A stretch of 63,999 bases of DNA, filler included, from Octopus bimaculoides (taxonomy: Eukaryota): the NCBI RefSeq assembly GCF_001194135.2. It is 4 parts of 4 records of this genome, joined end to end, with 100 filler letters (N's around TTAATTAATTAA, not from the genome) between each part and the next. Parts side by side here need not be neighbours in the genome. Positions count along the whole stretch, not along the records: positions 25,325 to 56,203 come from NC_068987.1; 3 more parts are not named here. One strand, 5' to 3'. The notes under the pieces were generated by a model that saw only the letters and a list, made by a program, of their open reading frames with translations, ran no database searches and was not told the origin of the DNA. Below, piece after piece: positions 27,561-40,876 of this stretch. The translations under genes and the position numbers were made by a program. Position 1 is the first letter of the stretch. Each line of letters begins with the position of its first letter.

Positions 27561-27802
27561 CATCAAAAGTTATGAAATCAAGAAATAGTTTCTGCTTAAT
27601 AACTACTAGCCAACTCTAACCAATTGATGTTTACACTCTACACGACACCATTATACACGCTAAAAATTATACACACTGTAATACACACTGTATAGTAAAC
27701 ATGCTGCGCAATTTCAGCTTTTGGAAAATGTTCAGCATGTTTACATATTAAACCCATTATACTATACACAATTTATCCATTCAGCATACAGTATATTAAA
27801 CA

Positions 27803-27844
<42 letters not shown>

Positions 27845-28565
27845 NNNNNNNNNNNNNNNNNNNNNNNNNNNNNNNNNNNNNNNNNNNNNNNNNNNNNNNN
27901 NNNNNNNNNNNNNNNNNNNNNNNNNNNNNNNNNNNNNNNNNNNNNNNNNNNNNNNNNNNNNNNNNNNNNNNNNNNNNNNNNNNNNNNNNNNNNNNNNNNN
28001 NNNNNNNNNNNNNNNNNNNNNNNNNNNNNNNNNNNNNNNNNNNNNNNNNNNNNNNNNNNNNNNNNNNNNNNNNNNNNNNNNNNNNNNNNNNNNNNNNNNN
28101 NNNNNNNNNNNNNNNNNNNNNNNNNNNNNNNNNNNNNNNNNNNNNNNNNNNNNNNNNNNNNNNNNNNNNNNNNNNNNNNNNNNNNNNNNNNNNNNNNNNN
28201 NNNNNNNNNNNNNNNNNNNNNNNNNNNNNNNNNNNNNNNNNNNNNNNNNNNNNNNNNNNNNNNNNNNNNNNNNNNNNNNNNNNNNNNNNNNNNNNNNNNN
28301 NNNNNNNNNNNNNNNNNNNNNNNNNNNNNNNNNNNNNNNNNNNNNNNNNNNNNNNNNNNNNNNNNNNNNNNNNNNNNNNNNNNNNNNNNNNNNNNNNNNN
28401 NNNNNNNNNNNNNNNNNNNNNNNNNNNNNNNNNNNNNNNNNNNNNNNNNNNNNNNNNNNNNNNNNNNNNNNNNNNNNNNNNNNNNNNNNNNNNNNNNNNN
28501 NNNNNNNNNNNNNNNNNNNNNNNNNNNNNNNNNNNNNNNNNNNNNNNNNNNNNNNNNNNNNNNNN

Positions 28566-28609
<44 letters not shown>

Positions 28610-29036
28610 CGTAACAATCAATTTATTTATACATGCACATGGATAATACTTGCACAGACAAACATTTATATAATATATACATATAGATGCATAAACAGAC
28701 ATATATCTATACATATGCACATGTGTGAGTATATAAATGCATGATATTCACGTGCATGTATGTCTGCATAGTTGTTTGTGTCTGTATGTACATAGTTAAC
28801 TACTATAGAGAAACCATCTATAATAACAGTAGCATCCAGCACCAATTATACTGTATAAACAATTGCAAGATGTTTAGAAGAGAACTTAGTTGATTAATAT
28901 TATGTAAATAGAAGATAGTTCTGAGGCAGGATAAGCAGACCACCGACGAAATTGCTTGTAGCGTTCAGTCTAGCTCTCTTGCAATCTGGCATGTGATCTC
29001 CCTGATGTCAGCTCTACCTTTCAATCCTTTTGGCGG

Positions 29037-29078
<42 letters not shown>

Positions 29079-29149
29079 AAAAGATACCAGTCGTGCACAT
29101 AGGATTTGTTCGAGTCTTCTGCAAAATTTGCGGTCTTGTTCATGTCTTA

Positions 29150-29329
29150 GGAATCGTATCAGGACAATTACCTCCTAGGACAATTACCCCGTTTGATTAA
29201 TTACTCCCTCTCCAATATATTAAGAAGTTTTAAGTCATCATTTGTTGTCTTCAGGGGTAATTACCCTTGTGGGGTTATTGTCCATGGGTGGTTATTATCC
29301 ATGGTGGGGTGGTAAATGTCGTAGATTCC
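29150..29329. mobile_element. MITE with TTA target duplication (PIF/Harbinger-like), 180 bp
   Basis: tta|GGAATC...GATTCC|tta. Subterminal ggacaattacc repeats on the left are mirrored by ggtaattacc, ggttattgtcc and ggtaaatgtc on the right. Confidence 0.6.
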
Positions 29330-30115
29330 TTAGGAACAGAGCGTTGGATCTGCAAAAATCGTTGAAGTACTCCTGATATTTGCTCCGGTGCTTTTGTTCT
29401 GTGTTCAAATCCTACCAGAGTAAATCTTATCATACTTTCGTTTTAGTTTTTACGTCGACAAAACAAAATACCAGTTGAATACTGGGGTAAATTTAATAGG
29501 CCAGCCCTCCTCTCAAATTCCAGGCGCTGTGTCTAAATTAGAAGCAATTATTGTTATTGTTCTTACTATATTTGAAGGCAGAGAAAAGCAGCGAACAGGC
29601 AGAAACGTTAGCGCGCCGGACAAAATGCTTAACAGCATTTCTTCCGGCTCTTTACTTTCTAAGTTCAAATGCCTCCCTGGCCGATTTTGCTTTTGGAAAC
29701 TCTCAAGGATATTGTGAATCTTACATGATCCCAAATAAGGGAGCAGTATTTCCAGATAAGGGAACAATACTCATAGGTTTTTAATCTCTGTATCTTAGAC
29801 GAAATGAAGCCATTTCAATAACATCTCTCTCCTGAGGTTAATACTGGTTAGATAAGAGTGGCGTGTGAAGGTTTGACGACAAGAACAGTTTGGTGTGGTT
29901 TAAACTATGTATCTCGGGAACTTTTGTCTCGTTTGGCCATAGACGTGAAATGAAGGCGAAATTGGAATGGAGGATAAGTGCTGAAGACTGATTTCGAATC
30001 AAAACATGGGAAACTCAAGTCATTGAAAATGGACCACAATTCTAAAACATTCATACACACACATTCATATATGTACGATATGTATTGTACTCGTATATAT
30101 AAATACGTATGTTTT

Positions 30116-30173
<58 letters not shown>

Positions 30174-30258
30174 CGTTTACATCTAAACGCACAATGCTCT
30201 GTTTCCTCTCATTCTATGTGTGTATGAATGTGTGTATACATACATACATACACTTGTT

Positions 30259-30297
<39 letters not shown>

Positions 30298-30299
<2 letters not shown>

Positions 30300-30596
30300 A
30301 ATCGACCCCAGGACTTATTCTTTGGAAGCCTAGTACTTATTCTATCGGTCTCTTTTGCCGAACCGCTAAGTTACGGGGACATAAACACACCAGCATCGGT
30401 TGTCAAGCGATGTTGGGGGGACAAACACAGACATACAAACACATACATACATATATATATACATATATAGATATACATATATACGACAAGCTTCTTTCAG
30501 TTTCCCTCTACCAAATCCACTCACAAGGTTTTGGTCTGCCCGAGGCTATAGTAGAAGACACTTGCCCAAGATGCCACGCAGTGGGACTCAACCCGG
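30298..30596 (-). mobile_element. SINE family A, truncated at both ends
   Basis: Close match to 12165-12460 (aaatcgaccccaggacttattcttt...gccacgcagtgggact). Confidence 0.9.
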
Positions 30597-30757
30597 GGTG
30601 CGACTGAAAACGGTATTAAAGTTTTCTACTTATACACATATGCACATCCATATATAGACATATATATATATATATATACGCATACATACATATAAACGCA
30701 TGCGCACATACATAAATGTATGTATGTATATACATGTATATATATATGTGTATGTGC

Positions 30758-30790
<33 letters not shown>

Positions 30791-30795
30791 GACAT

Positions 30796-30828
<33 letters not shown>

Positions 30829-32661
30829 CATAAATATCTATATATACTGACACATACATACGTATATACATATATACACGCATAAACGGCTTAATTGAAA
30901 CTGACCTCTAGCTCAGAACAATAGAAGTCCTTCTATAAAATGTCCCGTAATGCAAAAGTCACGCCACCTATCGTCAGATCTACAGATCACATGACTCCAG
31001 AAAGGAAGCAGAAGCAAAAGTGTTCATTTGAAACTTTAAGAGATCTATTAGATATTATCCAGATATGAGACAAGCGTTGTTGAATAGTAAATTATTGATG
31101 GGTAGGGGTTGGTTCAGCGGGCAGTGGTGGTGTGGCTTTCATCCCTCATTTAAAAGTCATTAAATATATATTAAAAAAATTGGGATTCAAATGAAACATA
31201 TTATTGACATTTGCAAATTTGGGCGGGGTGAGATAGAAAAGGCCCTGAACAATCATAATGACTTGGGGGCACTGCCCTGAATATTGCACGTGTGAAATTC
31301 TAAGCAATTGCGCTCCCTCATGCACACATATACCCACACCCGTTGATACTAGCAAATGAATAGATGCATACATATACACGAGTACACATATACACATACG
31401 TATCGNNNNNNNNNNNNNNNNNNNNNNNNNNNNNNNNNNNNNNNNNNNNNNNNNNNNNNNNNNNNNNNNNNNNNNNNNNNNNNNNNNNNNNNNNNNNNNN
31501 NNNNNNNNNNNNNNNNNNNNNNNNNNNNNNNNNNNNNNNNNNNNNNNNNNNNNNNNNNNNNNNNNNNNNNNNNNNNNNNNNNNNNNNNNNNNNNNNNNNN
31601 NNNNNNNNNNNNNNNNNNNNNNNNNNNNNNNNNNNNNNNNNNNNNNNNNNNNNNNNNNNNNNNNNNNNNNNNNNNNNNNNNNNNNNNNNNNNNNNNNNNN
31701 NNNNNNNNNNNNNNNNNNNNNNNNNNNNNNNNNNNNNNNNNNNNNNNNNNNNNNNNNNNNNNNNNNNNNNNNNNNNNNNNNNNNNNNNNNNNNNNNNNNN
31801 NNNNNNNNNNNNNNNNNNNNNNNNNNNNNNNNNNNNNNNNNNNNNNNNNNNNNNNNNNNNNNNNNNNNNNNNNNNNNNNNNNNNNNNNNNNNNNNNNNNN
31901 NNNNNNNNNNNNNNNNNNNNNNNNNNNNNNNNNNNNNNNNNNNNNNNNNNNNNNNNNCAGACCACCCCACAAGAACTGATGCAGATAATAAACACATGTT
32001 GTAACATCTCGCCACCCGCACTCACATTAACAATCTTCATACATCATTCTCACGTCAGTTTCAGAACGAGATGCAACACACTGCCGAAACAGACTCCGGG
32101 TTTCGATCTTCTTTATAGCTTGGTTCACTCAGCAGCTTCCACGGCGGGAGGGCGGCAGTAACAGCAGTAGCAGCGTTGCGAGATCGATCGCTGCGGCAGC
32201 AGCAGCTAAATTTGAAGCTGTTGTTCTTTAGTTCCAATTAACCTTTACCAAACAATGGTCGAAATAATTTCATCTCTGACCACCAAGCGTTATTCCTTAT
32301 GTCTCTCTATGCAGGAACCTAAGACAACGATGTACAATGTAACTATTTCTTTAAATTAATCAGTTGTGTCATTTTAGAGAGATTTGGCTGCTATTTCTGG
32401 CAGATTAGGTGGCACGTAGAGGGACCACTGCTATTAGCTCAGGCACTAATCGTAGGTAGTAGTGTGTTGGACAAAATGCATAGTGGTATTTCTACCGGAT
32501 CTTCATAATCCGAGTTCAAATCTATCTTTTTGGTCTTTTACCTTTCGAGGTCGATGAAATAGATATCATTTGAGTGCTGCGGTCCCTGGAATCCTATTCA
32601 CCTCCCACCAAATTTCAGACCTTCTGCCTATAATACAAAGAAATCATCGATCTCATCATTA

Positions 32662-32693
<32 letters not shown>

Positions 32694-33429
32694 CTCCTCC
32701 TCCTCCTCCTCCTCCTCCTCCTCCTCCTNNNNNNNNNNNNNNNNNNNNNNNNNNNNNNNNNNNNNNNNNNNNNNNNNNNNNNNNNNNNNNNNNNNNNNNN
32801 NNNNNNNNNNNNNNNNNNNNNNNNNNNNNNNNNNNNNNNNNNNNNNNNNNNNNNNNNNNNNNNNNNNNNNNNNNNNNNNNNNNNNNNNNNNNNNNNNNNN
32901 NNNNNNNNNNNNNNNNNNNNNNNNNNNNNNNNNNNNNNNNNNNNNNNNNNNNNNNNNNNNNNNNNNNNNNNNNNNNNNNNNNNNNNNNNNNNNNNNNNNN
33001 NNNNNNNNNNNNNNNNNNNNNNNNNNNNNNNNNNNNNNNNNNNNNNNNNNNNNNNNNNNNNNNNNNNNNNNNNNNNNNNNNNNNNNNNNNNNNNNNNNNN
33101 NNNNNNNNNNNNNNNNNNNNNNNNNNNTCTTCTTCTTCTTCTTCTTCTTCTTCTTCTTCTTCTTCTTCTTCTTCTTCTTCTTCTTCTTCAGGTAGGTGGC
33201 TGAATCGTTTGTGTCGGAAAAAAAATGGTACTAATTGCAAAGTTCATGCATACCGCTTTTCATCTTTGAAAGGCGGTATGTATGAATTTTGCCTTTCATT
33301 TGACAGAGGTCGTTAAATGAAGCTCCAGTTAATTACTGATCTCGATGTAATTGACAATTCCTTCCCCCAAAATTTAGGCCATGTGCCTATGTAGTAAATC
33401 AAAGAATTTCTTAATAAGTACAATAAGTA

Positions 33430-33792
33430 AACAAGAGCACTCAGAGAGCGCAAACTTCTGCCAAGGCAACACCAACGTCATCTCAACGATCAGCCGGAGA
33501 TGATTTTTAAATTGAGAACATCTGAAATAAACTCGACTGTTCTCACAAACGAGAATACTAAAAATGGACCCGAGCGCTCTCAAAAATTAAGTAAAAAAGC
33601 AGGGAAAATAATCCAGAATCCTTGTCCGGTACCAGATCGATCCCCAAATCCAGTCAGTTTGTGCCAGTCACAAGACCAAACCTGAAAGTTTCAGCCGAAT
33701 CCATCCAGCGGTTCTTGAGATACCTTGTCCACGAACAAACAAACAAACACGACTGAAAACAATACATGCGCCTTTGCTAAATCAGAGTTAAT
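33430..33792 (+). mobile_element. Helentron-associated non-autonomous element (HINE/DINE-1-like)
   Basis: 5' aacaagagcactcagagagcgcaaacttctgccaaggc, a core (gaaagtttcagccgaatccatccagcggttcttgagata), an (AAAC)n tract, and a decayed 3' subterminal repeat/hairpin. Confidence 0.6.
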
Positions 33793-34212
33793 AAATGAAT
33801 ATGTGAAATTTACTAATCTTAGTTTTAATATTTTATTTTTAATCCCGCTAAATATTATGAAGAAATGATTATCTCCCTTGTAATAACATCGACCACTAAG
33901 GTTTAGCACTTGTATGAACACATATATTAGTAGCATGAGATGTCTTTTAGTAGTTTTAATATTCTTTAGCAGTAATATTATTAATAGAACTTGTACTAAA
34001 CGTAGTGACTCTAGTACTTGTGCTAGTGATTGTACCAGTGTTAGTAAGTTATCCTTACAGATATCTGTTGAGATAACCTTAACGAGTGATGTAAAGCGCA
34101 CTGCTAACACAGTAGAACGTGTTGCAGACTTATAAAAAAAAACGTTTAATATACTTTACAGTATACTATAGTTGCATAACGAAACACTGCGTACCTACAA
34201 GTCATTAATAAG

Positions 34213-34520
34213 TGTAAGTAGGCGGTAGAGATGATGTTTATATCTCAAACTATTCCTTGTTAATGGCTGTTAGTTTAACGATTTAATAGTACTAGTAGGC
34301 GGTAGAGATGATGTTTATATCTCAAACTATTCCTTGTTAATGGCTGTTAGTTTAANNNNNNNNNNTGTAAGTAGGCGGTAGAGATGATGTTTATATCTCA
34401 AACTATTCCTTGTTAATGGCTGTTAGTTTAACGATTTAATAGTACTAGTAGGCGGTAGAGATGATGTTTATATCTCAAACTATTCCTTGTTAATGGATGT
34501 TAGTTTAACGATTTAATAGT
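34213..34520. repeat. 77-bp tandem repeat; four copies as assembled, split by a 10-N gap
   Basis: Unit agtaggcggtagagatgatgtttatatctc...aacgatttaatagtact starts at 34217, 34294, 34370 and 34447. The unique tgta flank precedes both copy 1 and copy 3. Confidence 0.9.
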
Positions 34521-34915
34521 ACCAAGCTCGTTTTCGCTATTGATATCAACGTTGGCGATGGCTGGTGGAATGGTGGAAAAAAAAAAAAAAAACTTAAAAA
34601 TTAATAAAGAGAAGGATGTTGGTGGTAGCTGTAATAATCGTTGGAATTGTTAACTGCAACAGTATTTATGGTGGAGGCGGAGCTGGAAGTGTTGATGATT
34701 TTTCAAGGGTCAGAGTGTTGATGAGGATCTTGCAGCTGATTGCAAAGTCGTTAATTTTCTTCCGATGGTTTAGGGTTTCCTGTTTGTTGTTGCTGATATT
34801 GGTGAAGATGATGTTAGTGCTGGCGATGGTATTGGTGGTAGCGTTCTTTGTACAGCGCGTGTACTGATACGTCAGCAGTCCTGACTAGTAGATTTATTGG
34901 TGGCTGATAAAAGCC

Positions 34916-34950
<35 letters not shown>

Positions 34951-35148
34951 TATGTGTGCTAAGAGAGGTGTTGAGGCTGCTGTTGGTATGTTTTTATGTT
35001 GTGGTTGTGGTGGTTGTGGTTGTGGTTGTGGTGGTTGTGGCTGTGGTTGTGGTTGTGGCGGCAGTAGTTATTATAGTGTGGATGGTGATGAAAGCAATGA
35101 TAGATAATATTTACGATGTTATTGACGACATCAGTATTGTACCTCCAT

Positions 35149-35239
<91 letters not shown>

Positions 35240-35469
35240 ACACACACACACACTCACACACACACACACACACATATGTATATACATACATACATACATA
35301 CTTACAAACACACAAACACACAAATTTATGTAAATAGATATACAAATGTATATATGTACACCCTATATAAATACACACAAACATATACATATATATATAT
35401 ACATATATATGTGTGAGTACACACACACACACACATAAATATATATACATACAGTATATAAATGTATAA

Positions 35470-35509
<40 letters not shown>

Positions 35510-36450
35510 ACGCATATATGCACATACACACACGCACACGTACATTTATATACATACATACGTGTAGACTTATATTATGTGTATGTGTGTGTGTATGTGT
35601 GTACATAAATTTGGGCACACCACGATGATATAGACCATGTTTTTAACAACCCTGATGAGATATCAAGATATCAGCTCAGTGCTATCATTAAGGAAAACAA
35701 AGAGCAGAGATCAATGTTAACGAAGTGTTGTGGTCATTATGTTCGACCGTTGGTCAGATAGTGGCTCCACAGATATCTCATTAGTAGGAATCAGTCTCGT
35801 CCAAAGTTCAGCTATACTCACCAGATTGTAAATCCATCAGACTTGTCAATCCATCGCATCCATTTACCAAATACATTTCTACCATATGTAGCTATACAGC
35901 TATACGTCTATACCCTACTCTCCTAAAATCTTCATTTATATATATATATATATATATNNNNNNNNNNNNNNNNNNNNNNNNNNNNNNNNNNNNNNNNNNN
36001 NNNNNNNNNNNNNNNNNNNNNNNNNNNNNNNNNNNNNNNNNNNNNNNNNNNNNNNNNNNNNNNNNNNNNNNNNNNNNNNNNNNNNNNNNNNNNNNNNNNN
36101 NNNNNNNNNNNNNNNNNNNNNNNNNNNNNNNNNNNNNNNNNNNNNNNNNNNNNNNNNNNNNNNNNNNNNNNNNNNNNNNNNNNNNNNNNNNNNNNNNNNN
36201 NNNNNNNNNNNNNNNNNNNNNNNNNNNNNNNNNTATATATATATATACACATGGACACACAGACACACAGACATACAGACACCCACCCACATACGCATCT
36301 ATATATATTTAAACGTATATAATTTATATTTATGTATTTTCGTACATGTAATATATATGTGTATGTATAATACATACATACATACATACATACATACAAA
36401 CGCATATACATATCAGTATCTATATATTCATATTTATGCATATGCATACA

Positions 36451-37354
36451 TAGCGGGTGATTTGGCTAAATTTAACTGCTGGCATAAAAGGAAAAGCAAA
36501 CACAATGTCCTATCAAAAGATAAAAGTATTTAAAAGGAAAATAAAAACAGAAATATCAACTAAATTATGGCTGAGAGATAATGGTTTACGCAAAGTAGTC
36601 TCCCTTAGCTTTCACCACGGCCTCAAGACGGCTCTGGAACCTGGAGCATGCGTTGTTCACTGCATCGCTGGGAAGATCTTCAAACGCCTCCTTGATCTTG
36701 GCCACCAGCTCGGCGTTGGTGTTGTAGGCAGAGCAGTTGGTGTTTTTCTCAACCGCATCCAACACAGTAATCCGTGGGATTACAATTGAGGGAATTATAG
36801 GAAGGCAGAACATGTGGCTGGTGAAGTCGTAGAAATTCTCCGACAACCACTTCTAACTCCCTCCGGAGATATGGCAAGGAGTCGAAATCTGCTGCTATAC
36901 ATAAGACCTTCCAGCAGCAAATCCCTCCCGCCAGAGATTAACCAGTGTCCGGCAGTTTCACATAGCCGTCTGAACTGATGCTAAGGGTCTGTTCATCAGT
37001 TGTGTGGCGGAATGACGTCACCCTTACTGGAGGTCATTCCAAATACCATCATAGTTTGGAGGAATTTGGCTTTCATGACGTCCATCTCACGTCTTACAGT
37101 CTTTACAGTGCTTACAGAGCGTTGAACAGGAGTCATGATGTCGGCATTTTGATACTCTGCTCAAATCATTATGATACATGTAACTTTTTTCCTATATTCA
37201 GATGACTTCCAGTCCTCTATGTCAGCTAACTTTTTCTCAACTATAACTTTGGTCGTTATACTCTCCAACGCCGTTGACTGTTCACCAATACATCGAGTTG
37301 TTCCTGAAAAAAGGAGACATAAAATGTTGTCAAATTTAGCCCGAACACTCTGTA
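36451..37354 (-). mobile_element. Internally deleted DD37D (maT) Tc1/mariner element
   Basis: Degenerate TIRs ta(c)xgxgtg....ggctaaattt at 36451-36473 and 37332-37354. Minus-strand transposase: QQ[D>I]STPCHISGGS*KWLSENFYDFTS...NSLNCNPTDY...VEKNTN...NAELVAKIKEAFEDLP...ACSRFQSRLEAVVKAKGDYF. After repairing a frameshift, 37 residues separate the second and third catalytic D positions. Confidence 0.85.
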
Positions 37355-37475
37355 TGTAAAATGTCTATATATATTTGTGCGTATATACTACAAGATATAC
37401 ATTTATACACTGGGGATATGTATAAGCAAGCATGCGTCTATATAAGAATGTCTATCTGACAATATATACATATAT

Positions 37476-37506
<31 letters not shown>

Positions 37507-40073
37507 GAAATGTATGTATGCGCACATGTGTGAATATTCACGTGTTCGCGTGTCTATGTGTATATAATCGTATATATGTTATCTATGTTCTTGTGTGGAT
37601 TTAGACATATAATTCGAGAACGGTTGTTAATCTTTTCATATTTGATCTTAAACTGACAACTGTAAACATCTCCCAATACCGTTGACAACAGAAGCTTCCA
37701 CATATAAAATAGATCTGGTAAACTGATAATGTTTTCCTTCGTAGAAATATCATAGGTACTGCAGAATAAGATCGAGTGATATACATACTATCACTGAAAT
37801 GATACGAAAAAGGTAAAATGATTGTAGCCAAAATTTGAAACCACCCCAGATGGTTTGCCAGGAAGTTAGTTCTCCTTAATAAGCTCATCATAAATATGAG
37901 GAAATCATGATTGCTCAACGAGGCTATAAATTGAAGCTGAAGGAAATAGTATATTGTACATAAGTGGTAATATAATTGACAGTGGAGAATGAAACGTAAA
38001 TTTGGATCCCAAGGGCAATAAACTAACAATTTCTTTTGTTTATTCTGCAATATTTTCCCGTTCATGACATTCCAACGCATTTAAGTAGTCGATTAAGAAA
38101 ATTTGCTGGCACATATTTAAAAATAAACCAAAATCATCATGTTTTCTTTTCATTTATATATATATAAATATATATATAAACGCAAACATCTTTATTTATA
38201 ATATATATATATATATATATATANNNNNNNNNNNNNNNNNNNNNNNNNNNNNNNNNNNNNNNNNNNNNNNNNNNNNNNNNNNNNNNNNNNNNNNNNNNNN
38301 NNNNNNNNNNNNNNNNNNNNNNNNNNNNNNNNNNNNNNNNNNNNNNNNNNNNNNNNNNNNNNNNNNNNNNNNNNNNNNNNNNNNNNNNNNNNNNNNNNNN
38401 NNNNNNNNNNNNNNNNNNNNNNNNNNNNNNNNNNNNNNNNNNNNNNNNNNNNNNNNNNNNNNNNNNNNNNNNNNNNNNNNNNNNNNNNNNNNNNNNNNNN
38501 NNNNNNNNNNNNNNNNNNNNNNNNNNNNNNNNNNNNNNNNNNNNTATATAATGTAACAAAAGCGCAATAGAGGACAATAAAACATTCGGACAGATAGACG
38601 ATACAAAGCCGAACAGGTGAAACAATAATTTGAGACAGTTCGGTCTGGTTGCCCCCCAAAATGTCTAAGCTAAGAGCATTATATTTTTTGTAAGAAAACT
38701 AGCCAATGTGTATAGCAACAAAGACAAAAACGGAGAACATGGTACACAATTACAAATATAAACAACAAGAAAATAACAACAGGTGTCTTTCGACTGAGAA
38801 CAAATCAAATTGAGCTGGCGTATATGAAGTGAAAGCCAAAAGGCAGGAACATAGGAGATGGACATAAGAGGTGTTGATGGTCGGCAGTCAGGCTAAGAAA
38901 GAAAGAAAGATCATGGCTGGCCGGATACCGGTCACATCGAAGGAGAAGTAAGGGGCAGGGGGGAGCGGGATTGAAGGATTAGAAAAAAATCAGAAGCAAA
39001 GGGAAAGGTACAGGGGAGATAAACGAAGAGGAAAAGTGGGAGTTAAAGAGAGGATCAAGAAATGTGTATGTGTGCGTGAGAGAGAGAGAAAGTGGGGAGC
39101 GAGAAAAAGAGAAGAGGAAGAAAATATGAGGGAACTAAAAGATAGAGTAAAAGAGTCGTGCAAAATTTAGATACATACCTAGTATAAGGTGATACATACC
39201 TAATATAAGGTGAGCACATAGCATAAAGTGAGTACAAAGATACCTACCTAGTATAAGGTAAGCACAAGTGTGTACGTACGCCGCTATATGTATATAAGAA
39301 TATAAAAAATGGAATAAAAACGCAATAGAGGACAATAAAACATCCGGACAGGTTGACGACANNNNNNNNNNTATGTACCTACATTTGATGATACGGAAAT
39401 AGTTGAGGTAGTCCGCTGAGTGTGATCCTTGTGAGGATAAACCAAGCTCTGAGAAGCGAAGGAACGTTTCTTCGAACCAACCCATGCGCACCCACAGACA
39501 TAATCATTCCCATTCCACATAAATGTTAATTCAATATTCTATACACACTAAAAGTAATTTTTGTTACAAACTAACAAAAAGGATAATTAAAACCGTATTG
39601 AATCCCACATCGATTTCTTACATTGGCATCGACCAGAATTACGTTGAGAATTGGCTGTATAATCGATTATGTCAATTCCAAAAATACGAGTGGTACTTCT
39701 TTTGATTAATTCTGGACGAATGAAATGAAAAGTCGAAAGAGTTCGATTTTTGAGTTTAGAACATTGAAGAACATAGTTAAATATCGCCAAGTATTTATTC
39801 AAGCCATTCAGCCTGGAGTTCCAACACATCAGTCACATCAATGTTTATATCTAATTATATATTAAAACATAAGTAAATATAACTGGTGTGGGGAGAGCAT
39901 GGCTATGTAGATTCGTGTTCAGTCACATTGCACAGCACTACTTGTGTCTTCTGCTATAGCTCCAGCCCGAACGATGTCTCGCATGTGAATTTGGTAGACG
40001 AAAACTGTGAAAACACATGCTGTACACAACCCCACCACACACATTATATATATTCACTGAAATCTTGATGTAT

Positions 40074-40117
<44 letters not shown>

Positions 40118-40697
40118 NNNNNNNNNNNNNNNNNNNNNNNNNNNNNNNNNNNNNNNNNNNNNNNNNNNNNNNNNNNNNNNNNNNNNNNNNNNNNNNNNNN
40201 NNNNNNNNNNNNNNNNNNNNNNNNNNNNNNNNNNNNNNNNNNNNNNNNNNNNNNNNNNNNNNNNNNNNNNNNNNNNNNNNNNNNNNNNNNNNNNNNNNNN
40301 NNNNNNNNNNNNNNNNNNNNNNNNNNNNNNNNNNNNNNNNNNNNNNNNNNNNNNNNNNNNNNNNNNNNNNNNNNNNNNNNNNNNNNNNNNNNNNNNNNNN
40401 NNNNNNNNNNNNNNNNNNNNNNNNNNNNNNNNNNNNNNNNNNNNNNNNNNNNNNNNNNNNNNNNNNNNNNNNNNNNNNNNNNNNNNNNNNNNNNNNNNNN
40501 NNNNNNNNNNNNNNNNNNNNNNNNNNNNNNNNNNNNNNNNNNNNNNNNNNNNNNNNNNNNNNNNNNNNNNNNNNNNNNNNNNNNNNNNNNNNNNNNNNNN
40601 NNNNNNNNNNNNNNNNNNNNNNNNNNNNNNNNNNNNNNNNNNNNNNNNNNNNNNNNNNNNNNNNNNNNNNNNNNNNNNNNNNNNNNNNNNNNNNNNN

Positions 40698-40730
<33 letters not shown>

Positions 40731-40876
40731 GTATATTAAGATAAAACTTACTTGGAAACGGATGCGTGGCGTTGGATCATATAATAATATAAATAATATA
40801 TAGATATATGCATATATCCATATATATATATGTACATACCTACATCTATATGTATTATATATATATATATATATAG

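Noticed and set aside
33914-34135. 73-aa ORF with a signal-peptide-like start and Cys/Thr/Ser-rich body, plus a 139-aa antisense ORF
   Set aside because: The sequence looks like decayed (AGT/ACT)n repeats; no Cys pattern or coherent splice structure.
34213-34520. 77-bp repeat as a CRISPR-like array
   Set aside because: No spacers, eukaryotic context, and partly an assembly duplication.
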